Assembly (NCBI RefSeq): GCF_030144855.1
Contig: NC_082727.1
Location: 35,402,001-35,466,000 of the forward strand
Direction: 5' to 3'
DNA length: 64,000 bases
Origin: Hypanus sabinus
Lineage: Eukaryota
Part shown: positions 12,701-24,700 of the stretch, in pieces
Position numbering within the stretch: the stretch's first letter is position 1
Layout of the letters: each line of letters opens with the position of its first letter
Program-made: the position numbers and the translations under genes
The notes under the pieces: model-generated
What the model saw: only the letters and a program-made list of their open reading frames with translations
What the model was told of the DNA's origin: nothing
Database searches by the model: none

Positions 12701-15700
12701 GGAGTGGGAGTGGTCTGTGGATTTGAAGTGTGTGGCCACAGGGAGATCCTGCCACTGCTGGAGGACTGAGCGCCGGTGTTCAGTGAAACAGACTCCCAGT
12801 CTGCGGCGGGTCTCCCCAATGTATAAACCTTACCTTATCTCCCGCCTAGGTAGCCTCCTACCTGCCGGCATGAACATGCAACACTCAGACCTCCGTTGAT
12901 ACCCCTGGCCCCCCTCCCACCCCATCCCTATCTATAATTTTAGTCTGGTTCTCTTTCTCTTTTCTCCACCCTCACTATAATCTCCCCCAGCCCTACCTTT
13001 CTTTCTCTTTTATTTCCCATAATTCTCCACCTTCCCCCTAGCCCATTTCCCTTCAGCCTATCACTTCCCAGCTCTTTACTTCATCCCTCCCCACCACTTC
13101 TTATCCCCCCCTCGACCATCCCATGTTACTTCACTCCTGATGAAGGGTTTCAGCCCAAAATGTCAACACTACCTCCTCCCATAGATGCTGTCTGGCTTGC
13201 TGAGTTCTGCCAGCATTTTGTGTTTTTAGTCCTTTACTTGCTTTGTTATAGAATGTTTGCTTAGTAGATTTCCAGTGAGATATTACCATCTGCTTTGCAT
13301 ACCTGTTTATAACTTTAATAGAAAGAGCCAAAACATTGGTATTGTAGCCAATCAACAATTTCTTCTAGCTAGCCTGAAGGTCTGTTTAAATTCTAAATAC
13401 CAATGGTAATTTCAATTTAATTACACTATAGCTTTCTTTAGATTCAGATTTATTTTATGCATATACAGTGAAATGTCACAAAAAACAAAGGACTGGCTGT
13501 AGACTACAGGAGGAATGGAGACAGGCTAACTCTTATTGACGTCAGTGGATCTGGGGTTAAGAGGGTGAATAGCTTCAAGTACCTCACCATACACATCCCC
13601 GAGGATCTCCCGTGATCTGTACATACCGTCTGTGTGGTGAAAAAAGCACAACAACGCCTCTTTCACCTCAGACAGTTGAAGAAGTTTGATATGAGACCCC
13701 AGATCATACGGACTTTCTACAGGGGCACAATTGAGAGTATCCTGACTGGCTGCATCGCTGCCTGGCGTGGGAACTGTACTTGCCTCAATCGTAGGACTCA
13801 GCAGAGAGTGGTGCGGACAGCCCAGTGCATCTGTAGATGTGAACTTCCCACTATTCAGGAAATTTACAGAGTCAGGTGTGTAAAAAGGGCCTGAAGGATC
13901 ATTGGGGAACTGAATCACCTCAACCACAAGCTGCTACCGTCCAGGAAACTGTACTACAGCATAAAAGCCAGGACCAACTGGCTCTGGGACAGCTTCTTCC
14001 ACCACGCCATCAGACTGATTAATTCACACTGATACAACTGTATTTCTGTATGCTATATTGACCGTTCTATTTATTACAAATTACCATAAATTGTACATTA
14101 CTCCTCACATATGTGCAGGATGTAAGAAAAAAAGTCAATTCAATTTGCATTGACAACCAAAATGCATTCTGTCCTTAGACAATGAATAGACAACCTAATG
14201 GAAACATGATTGTTTAAATGATAAATGAGATGCAGTTTGTGCCTGAGATGGGCAATTGATGCAAGGCTTAAAATGTGGCTACAATTAAAAGGGAAAGGAG
14301 ATTGAACGGTAAATGGATTGAAGACATAGATACTTTGCTGTCCCATGGATGCCCCAATCATTTATAAAATGGAAAGAATTTTCTTCGGATCATCTTGTTA
14401 TACTCTAATCTCAGGATCTGAGCTTCCACTTTGATAAGCTCAGAAGTAAACAAAAATATCAGGATACAGTCAGCTTACTGGATATTTGTAGTATAAAATG
14501 CATATACGGGGGTAAGGGTTATATATATTGTTTTTTTCATACTTTGTAACCATTTAAAAATGCAATTAAAAAAGTTTAAAAAAAAATGCATATACGATGA
14601 GCCTGGCATCAAGCTTTCAGATCCATCTTTGGGTGGCTAGACTGATGGAAATCAAGTAGTTAAATCGGTCCCAATGCAAGGACACTGGAAGAACAGGTGG
14701 GTCAGTAGGCAGGTTGTGATGTGGTGTACTCAGACAGCTGCTGTGGGCCCTCATGTGCTCCTACCAGAGACAGGTTCTCAATAACATTGTTCTTTTTCAA
14801 TATTTTTATTAATTTTCACATAGAGGAATACAGAGTACATGAGGATATATATTATGAATCAAAGATTGAGTAGTACCGAATACATTATATTTAAATCACA
14901 CTTGCAATCGCAGTACCCTATATTCGTAATCAAACATGTACGTTAATTAACTTGTAATTTGAATTGTAATAATTTTCTTATTAAAAAAATCTAAACCCCA
15001 TTAATAACATCTTGAATGCTCCTTCTCTGTGGGCTAGATATTCCCAGAAGCTGGTTGGGACATTGTGTTTCTCTAGAGGATTTGATGAATACTTGTACTT
15101 AAATGGCCATTTTGGTCTGCATTTCTCCTGCTTATTACAATTCCTGTTTCTCCAACAGTTGACTTCTAAAAGAACTTTTAATCTATCTCACTTTTTTGGA
15201 TTAGTGCTTGTAGTCTGGAATTTAGCGTCATGAGCGTCATTTAAGATGAATTAACTTGGATTGGTGTTATATACTGTATGTACAGTATGTCATTTGATTG
15301 CTGAAAACATTTTGAAAAATGTTATTAACAGAGCTTAGAAGATGTACTGTAATGCAAAACTAAATGAGACTTCTCAGCTAAAATTGCACAGAGTTTACTA
15401 GATCTTGCAAATCATTTAAATGGGTTAGGTATGTGGAACATGACCTATATGGATATATTGAGTAGGTACCTGAATGATAAGTACTTGGCTTGTGTAGAGA
15501 CCATCTTTTCAATTGAAGTTGCTCTTTATTTGTTTAGGATCTCGGCCTGTGGTATTTCTGCAGCATGGTTTACTGGCAGCTGGAAGCAACTGGGTCACAA
15601 ACTTGGCCAACAACAGCCTGGGCTTTATTCTAGCAGATGCTGGTTATGATGTCTGGATTGGAAATAGTCGTGGAAACACCTGGTCCAGAAAGCACAGAAG

Positions 15701-18700
15701 TATTCCAGTTTATAAGGATGCATTCTGGAGATTTAGGTAACGCCTTTGCTTTTATTTTTACTGTAATAACATATCACTGTATAATGGCTTGACAGATAAC
15801 AAGCTTGCAGTGTTATTCCTTTGAATGGGTTTTTCATTGAACATAGAACAGTAAAGCACAGTACAGGCTCTTTGGTCTCTGTGCCAAATGTTTAACCTAT
15901 TTTGTGATCAATTTAACTCTTCCCTCCCTCATAGACCTCCAGATTTTTGTCATTCATGTGCTTGTCTAAAATGCCTCCACCACCACCCCATGTTCCACTC
16001 ATTTACCAATCTCTCTCTGTATAAAGAAAACCTACCTCTGACAACCCTCTGAACATTCCTAAAATTACATTAAAATTATGCTCTCTTGTATTAGTCTTTT
16101 CCACCCTAGGAAATGTCCATTCTATCTTTGCCTGTTAACATCTTGTACACCTTTACCAATTCATCCTCTTGCTCCAAAGAAAAAAAGCCCTAGCTCAGTT
16201 AACCATTCCTTGTAAGATGTGCTGTCTAATCCAAGCAGGCAGTATTCTGGTAAATCTTCTCTGTTTCCTCTCTAAGCTGCCAGATCTTGCCTATAATAAG
16301 GCAACCAGAACTGAACACAGTATTCCAAGTGTGGTTTTATAGAGCTGCAACCGTACCTCACAGCTCTTGAGCTCAATCCTGTGACTGATGAAGGCTAACA
16401 TACCTTCTTATCACCCTATCAATTTGTGTGCTAACTTTGAGGGATCAGTGGATGTGGATCGGAAGATCCCTCTGTTCCTCCCCACTGCCAAGAATCCTGC
16501 CATTACCCCTGTATTGCCTTCATGTATGACTTCTAAAGTGTATCACTCATTTCAGACATTTTGGCCCCACCACTTTATTCTGGCTTCTACCCCCTTCCTT
16601 TCCAATCCTGATGAAGTGTCGGCCCAAAACGTGGACTGTTTATTTCTCTCCAAGGTTGTTGGCTGACCTGCTGAACACATCCAACATCTTTTGTGTCCAT
16701 GTCCTAGCTCTTCTGTGATCGATCTACAGCAGGGACAATTTAAGTGGTCAATTAGCTACCAGCCAGCACACCTTTGGGATGTAGGAGGAGGAAGCTGGAG
16801 AAATGATGCTCTTGTGCAGTGACTCTGCAAATTGTACCTGAGGCCAGAATCCTACTTGGGTAGCTGGAGCTGTGTGACTGCAGCCTAATTACCCATGATG
16901 CACTACTTGGAGGCTCTCCTGGCCATCCATTTTCTATTTGAGTGGCTACGTTTTTTACCTGGTGCATGGTGCATGGCAATATAAGTGTAGTGAGGCCGGG
17001 ACAAACTCCCTCCTAGGAACTGCTGATATCAACTAACCCAGATGTCTATATGTGTACAAAATCCTTAGATTGTTAATTTACAGATGAGCAGATTTGCTCA
17101 TTTCTCCTGCAAAACACAATTCTTGACCAGAGAACTCATGTCTGCATACATCGACTCCATTCTTTTCCCCCTTGGTTTAGTATCCTACCAGCATCTGTGA
17201 CAATTCACATGCTCTCCGTTGCCTCAACAACTTCAATGCCCTGGCCATGACCATTTTCACCATGGATGTCCAGTCCCTATACACTTCTATCCCCCATCAA
17301 GAAGGCCTTAAACCTCTCCACTTCTTTGTCGACAAAACACCCGACCAGTTCCCCTTCAACACCACCCTCCTCTGTTTGGCGGAACTGGTCCTCGCCCTCA
17401 AAAATTTTTCCTTTTGCTCCTCCCACTTTCTCCAAACTCAAGGAGTAGCCATGCATCTCAGCTATGCTTGCATTTTCTTTGGCTACATGGAACAGTTCAT
17501 GTTCCAAGCCTTCCCTCCTAATGTTCCGCAGTTTTTTTGTGTGTTTCATTGACAATTGGTGCTGCTTCCTGCACCCATGCTGAGCTCATCAATTTCATCT
17601 ACTTTGCCTCCAGCTTCCACGCTGCTCTTAAATTCACTTGGTCCATTTCTGATACCTCCCTCCCCTTAATCTCTCTGTCTCTATCTCTGGAGACAACTCT
17701 GTCTACTGATATCTTTTATAAACATACTGATTCCCATTGTTATCGTAACTATAGCTCTTTCCAGCCTGTCTCCTGTAAAAATGCTATTTCCTTTTCCCTT
17801 CATCTTTGCTGCATCTGTTTCCAGGAAAAAACTTCCTTTTTCAGGACATTAGAGATGTCCTTCTTCAAAGAACCATGTTTCCTTTCTTCTACCATTGATG
17901 CTGCCCTCACCTCCATCTTTACATATTCCTAGCTATCCATGCTCACCCCATCTTCTTGCCTCCTTAACAGGGATTGAATTCCTCTTGTCCTCACCTACCA
18001 CCTCATGAGCCACTGCATCCAACACATCATTCTCTGCAACTTCCACCATCTCCAGAGGGATCCTATCAGGAAACTCATCTTTAATTCCTCTCTCTCCCCC
18101 ACCCCTCACTTTCCACTTTCTGCAGAAATCACTTCCTCTGTTATTCCCTGGTCTCCCACTAATCTCCCTGTTGGCATGTATCCCTGTAACCTGCCCATTC
18201 ACCTCCTCCCTCACCTCCACTCAGGGCCCCAAATAATCATTCTAGGTGAGGCTGCACTTCACCTGTGAACTTGTTGGGGTCGTCTATTGTGTCTGGTGTT
18301 CCGATGTGGCCTCCTCTACATCACTGAGACCCAGTGTAAATTTGGGGTCCGGTTTGTCAATCATCACTGCTCCATCCACAAAGAGTGGAATTTCCTGGTG
18401 GCCAACCATTTTAATGCTTATCCGCATTCCCATTCTGGCATGTTGCTCCATGGTCTCCTCTTCTGCCACGATGAGGCCACTCCCACGTTGGAGGAGCAGC
18501 ACCACATGTTCTGTTAACGTAGCCACCGACCTGATGGCATGAACATTGGCTTTCCTTCCAGTAATTTTTATTTTCCCTCCTCCTTCCCTCTTCTATTCCC
18601 AATCTGGCCTCTTGCTTCTCCTTGCCTATCACCTCCCACTTGGCTTCACCCATCGCCTTCTAGCTTGCCCTTCTTCCTGTTGCCAACTTTTTAGTTCTGG

Positions 18701-21700
18701 CATCTTCACCTTTCCTTTCCAGCCCTAATGAAGGGTCTCAGCCTGGTGATTCACTTCCATAGATGCTGCCCGACCTGCAGAATTCCTCCAGCTATTTGTG
18801 TGCGTTGCTCTGTATTTCTAGCATCAGCAGAACCTCTCGTTTTATTCTGTAGTTTGTTCAGGTTAACTCTCTGGGACTTTTACTCATGAAATCACTAATT
18901 GATCTTTCGTTTTCCCCCAACTCTCACTGATGTGATTTCAATGAAAATACGCAATTCTTTGATCTTTTAAAATGCAGGTGAACCCCCACATTACCAACGG
19001 TTACCTTCCTTAAAAATAGTCTGTATCACAATTTTCTATCACATGAAACTGCATTGTTTATGCCTGCATCAAGGAACAAAAGTTTTTAAAAAAATGTGAT
19101 TACTTACCCTTTTTTACTTAAATTCTGTGGGAATAAGTTTAACTCTGTAATAATTTATGAATCCTGTAAGTGGCAGGTGCTGTTATCTGAATGGCTAAAA
19201 TGCAAGAGTTGCCTGTATTGTGGATTCTGTAACTGAAATGTCCGCACAGTTTCTTCAAAAAACTCAACCCAGAGTCTTATAGCTGCTGATTATGTGGTGG
19301 TTTCTTGAAATAACTAGGAGACGCAGAAGATTCTTCGAGAAAATTAAGCCTTTATTTGCAAACAAAAGCTGAGACAATGAATGAACGTGTCACTAATTGC
19401 CTGCCGAGCCTAGTTCACAGTATTCTTTATAGTAATTTCTTATCTTAGTTTCATTAGCATATACTTGTTCTAGTGCCTTGACTGGTTCTCACACCATCGT
19501 ACAATCCTGACTAGTCTGCTCCCTGGAACACGTATCCCCCTTCCCGGCCTTGACTGGTCCCCATACCATCACACCACTCCACGATCCTGTCTATCACCGT
19601 TATCTCTACATGCTTACTTTCACTGTTAGCTACATTCTCAAGGCACTGATGCGTTCAATAGTGCAGAGGCAATACAGAGATTACATTCTGGCCAAAAAAT
19701 TGGATACATAGCAAATAGCAAACACAAGGCTGGTCACATAGTTCTGGCCACACAGCAAACGTTGCAACTTTCTTCTCCAATAATTGCCAAGATGATATCA
19801 TACTTTGTTCATTAAAATAATTAAACTATGTAGAAGATATAACAGTAAAACAGTACAGTAATAACAGAATTGGGTGTATCAATAATAAGATATTAATTCA
19901 GGAGTTGTGTCAGCTGTTCCAAATTTCACAAACATTTAATTAGTTTTAATGATATAGGATAATTTTGTTTTGAGAACAAATCAATGACAAAGCTGCCAAG
20001 TCATTGATATAACTAAAAATGCGAAGGGTCTCAGCCCAAAACATTGACTGTTGTTCATTTCCATGGATGATGCTTGACCTGCTGAATTCCTCCTGCGTGA
20101 CCTGCGTGTTGCTTTGGACTTCCCGCATCTGCATAATTTCTTGTGTTTATGATTTTGCCTGCTTTTAATTTTTATATCAAAAGAAACTTGGAAAACCTAC
20201 AGCACAATATAGGCCCTTTGGCCCACAAACCTGTGCCAAACATGTCCTTACCTGAGAAATTACTTAGGGTTACCCGTAGCCCTCTATGTATTTTTCTGAG
20301 CTCCATATACCTATCCAGCAATCTCTTAAGAGACCCTATCGTATCCACCTTCACCACCGTCTCTGGTAGCCCATTCCACGCACTCACCACTCTCTGCGTT
20401 AATTAAAAAAAAACTTACCCCTGACATCTCTGTACCTACTTCCAAACACCTTAAAACTGTGTCCTCTTGTGTTAGCCATTTCAGCCTTGGGAAAAAGCCT
20501 CTGACTATCCACATGATCAATGCCTCTCATCATCTTGTACACTTCTATCAGGTCACCTCTCACCCTCCATCGCTCCAAAGAGAAAAGGTTGAGCTCACTC
20601 AATGTATTCTCATACGGCATTCTCCCCAACCCAGGGAACATCCTTGTAAATCTCCTCTGTAAAGAAGAGTGAATATGTATGTGTATTCTGGATGATATTG
20701 GGTTGTGTTTTTATTTAAAGCTTTGATGAAATGGCCACCAAAGACTTACCGGCAGTGCTAAACTTCATCCTTGCAAAGACTAAACAAGAACAGTTGTACT
20801 ATGTTGGTCATTCTCAGGGGACAACAATTGGTAAGTCAGGTGTTCAAATACATCAGTATAATTTGTCTTCATTGGAGTTTTGTTCATTATGTGCTAAATA
20901 GCACAAGATAGGATTGAAGTAGTTAATTTAAAAAAAGTAAAGTTGACTTTATGATGCAAGTTACTTTGCCCACATTTATCAAAACTGTTGTAAGCTTGAG
21001 GTCATTAGTCCAATTTTGAGTTGAGCAGTGTGGTTCCTTCAGTCCTGCTGACAAAAAGATATACGCCTTGACAACAAACCAATTTACCAAAAAAAAACCC
21101 ACAGATGATGGTAATTTCACACAAAGCTGCAAAATGCTGGAGATACTCAACAGGTCAGACAACATCTTTGGAGAGAGGAACCAAGTATTCACTGTTTGTT
21201 TTGCCCTGACATAGCTGAATTGTAAGCTGTCAGTACCAAAAACATTTTGAAGCATTCAAAAATATCTTGAAGCTTAAAAATACCAAACTTAGTAAGTTAA
21301 CAAATGAAAAAACCTTAAAATATTTAAAAGGAGAAACATTTCAAAATGCACAAAGAATTTTTACCAAATGCTATTTTAGAATGAAAGTCACTTGGAGGCT
21401 CTCACAGCCCCCCTTTCTCATTCAATCCAGCTGCAACTCCTTCCTGGTGTCTCTGTTCCTATCTGTTACAGTAAGATGAATGTTAATTTAAGATTATTCA
21501 TCTCACCATTTAGGACAGCTGTAGATTAATTTTTTCATTGAGTTCCATGAAATCTTGAAACCATTTGTATGCTAGTTTATAACAATCATGGAGTACCTTT
21601 ACTTCCTGCTGTGACATAGAGACAATGTGACGTGTATAGTTCATGTGAAGGAGACATTTTGGCACATTAGTTATTGCTGCTGCCTTAGCTCTAGGAACCT

Positions 21701-24700
21701 TGGTTCGATCCTGACCTCAGGACTGTCTCTGTGGAGTGGGCATGTTCTCCCTCGGGGTTTCCAGTCGCTCCAGTTTCTTCACGTTCCAAAGACATGCTGT
21801 CTAATTAATTGGCCACGCGAAATGAAAATTATGTCAGTGCAGGAAAAGTAATGACGCTATTAATATTCACCATATTAGTGGTGGAAACCTGTAAGGGTTT
21901 TGCAAATGCACAATTGTGTACCAAATTCCAGCAATTGATTTTTCACTTCTATGGGAAATGAGTGGAAATGAGGTTGCTCGGTGGGCAGCCATCATGGATC
22001 CTAGGGGCCTCCTTCAGTGTTGTAAGAAGCAATTGAGTTAGTGCATGGGTACAGGAATACTCCCGTTGTTCTCACTGTAAAATAAACCATGGAGGAGATA
22101 GTCCTGAAAATAAATGCGAATGTGTTATGAGTATAATCTAAGCCCATATGAATATCTTTTTATTTATTTAGAGATACAACATGGTAACAGGCCTTTCTGG
22201 CTCAGTGAGCCTGTCCTGCCCAATTATACTCGTGTGACCAATTAACTTACTACTAATGGATGTTTTAGTCAGATATTCTGGCTTATTTAAAAATGAGTGA
22301 AACTGAGCATTTTGATGGTGTGAGCCCCTTACTTGAGTGGCGGGGTGGAGATGTGCTTCTACCAAAGGCGCTCCTTCCCTCTGCTAGCCCAAGTCACCTT
22401 TGGGCAAGGTGTAGCATTTGCTTTGCCTCCCCCGATAAGGGCAGATGGTGGATGGTCACATGAGCAGCTGGTGCTTATGTCCTGGTCATGTGACCACTGA
22501 TGCCAGCAATCTCTGAAGAGTATTGATAGTGGCTGGGGTCACCAATCTTGTAAATTGGGGTCACCAATCACCAACCACCCAGAAGAAGCAATGGCAAACC
22601 GCTGCTATGGAAAAATTTGTCAAGAACAATCGTGGTCACGGAAAGACTATGGTTGCACACGTCATACAACACAGTACATAACGAATGAACGAGCTCTTTA
22701 CTTGAAAGAAAGGATATCTGTGCCTAAATTTTACCCAATCTGAGAGATCTGCAAAAACCAATGTGTTTATAAAAACTAAACAACCAATCTCAATCTAGGA
22801 ACTAAAATGTTCTATCTTTTCTCATTTTTGCAGAGTATGAACATGCAAGTCTTTGGGATTAACATGGGAACAAAAATAAATTTTGAATTGGAAATAAAAT
22901 TTATTCTAATTATTTTCAATATGTGTTGGATTTTGGAATAGTTTTGAGGGGCTGAGAACCAACACATACAAAACTGGAATTTTTAAAGTGCAAGATTATT
23001 AAAATGGTTTAGCACACCATTGTTGTTCACTTTCCTCCCTGTTCTTGACATGCCAGACGGCCAGTGCTCCGATCTTCAATCCACTCCAACGTTCCAGGGT
23101 CCGTCACATAACATTTCAGTTCTTTTTTTGTTCAGCGTCCCAACAGTCTGAATTCTTGAAGTATCCAACATTTGCCTCTAACTACTCACCATCCCCACTG
23201 TTCCCAATTAACCCTGACAATCAACAATGTTAAAAGTTAAAGTCTGTCCCGAGCCTTATAGGCTCATCAGGCCGTTGCTTATGCCGGTTTCCATGCCGTG
23301 AAGCGTCTGAGAGTACGAGACCCCCCCCCCCCCCCCCAGATAGGTCGCCAGTCTATTGCGAGGTTAACCCCACTTGGCCATGCGTCACACCAATCAACAA
23401 TGCTTACTCTGTATTCATGACAGATGTGCATTTACACTTGCTGTCAGATTCCTTCCATTATAATGATGACTGCCAAAAGCTTCATGGAAAATTCTGCAAC
23501 TACATTTCTTAAACCATAAATGGTTTGATTTTTTTTTAAAGTTGTTTATTTCTCGGATATAGGAGAGTTTTAATGATGATCTTCAGCTTCCACATAACAT
23601 TCTGTTCTTCCTCCATCAGGTTTCATAGCCTTTTCTACAATGCCAGAGCTAGCAAAGAAAATTAAGTTATTTTTTGGCCTGGCTCCTGTTGCAACAGTTC
23701 AATATGCTACGAGCCCACTGGTAAAACTTGGTCTTCTTCCAGAGTTTTTAATCAAAGTAAGTGCCTGCTTTTTATTTTGATAACCATATTTGAATTGGGA
23801 AGAGAGGCAGTTTAACTGTAGGAGTTGGAGGGTGTATTGAAATTTGTGAAGCAATGGAATTTTCTATTCCATGGGTTCACTGGAGAAAGGGAGAGGCCAC
23901 TGTCTGACTACTGCAGCTGATAACTGAATAAAGCTGCTAAGCTTCATTATTTGGTGTTCAGTTGATATGATGCACATGACTTGAGGATTGTGATTAAATT
24001 GTGCTTTGAGTTTGTAGTCATACAACACAGAAATAGGCCCTTTGACTTATGGCATCCGCACTCCCCATCGAGCACAAGTCATATACGAATCCTAATTGAT
24101 CTGTGTTTCCATTCGCATCCCTATCACCTTCTCCACCTCTTCTGCCATCACCCATCTACCCTCTACAGTAGCCACTTAACCTACCCACCAACACAATTTT
24201 GGCATGGTTCCTGTGACGCGCCAGCCTTTAAAGGCATGGAAAGGAGTTGGTGGGTTTATAGCTGGGAGGTCTTAGTTCCAGGTTCCCAACAAACACCACT
24301 TAAAAATAAATACCTAGTTATGGCCATAAAACACCTCCTCTAAATGTGCCCCTGCACTCCGCTGACATTACTTTCGGTTTGATGATGGTAGTTTGTGTGA
24401 AAAGAAAGGTGTATCATTCACTAACCCAAGCGATTTTGCAGATGCTGGAAAGCCAGAGTAACACACAAGATGCTGGAGGAACTTGGCAGGTCAGGCAGCA
24501 TCTGTAGAGGGGAATGAACTGTTGGGACAAGACCCTTCATTCAGCATTTTCTATGCATCATTTATTATGCTTTTCTCATTCATGGAATATGTCTCTAACT
24601 TTTGTAAACTTGCTGAGCAGTCAATCGACTAAACAAGCTTGCATGGATCAACTTCCACTTGCTTTTTCAGGGCATCGTGCCAGAGTTGTTCCAGATAATC

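Noticed and set aside
22478-22545. Pseudoknot or HDV-like ribozyme in the SINE
   Set aside because: The pairings are not retained in the second copy and the catalytic core could not be assigned.
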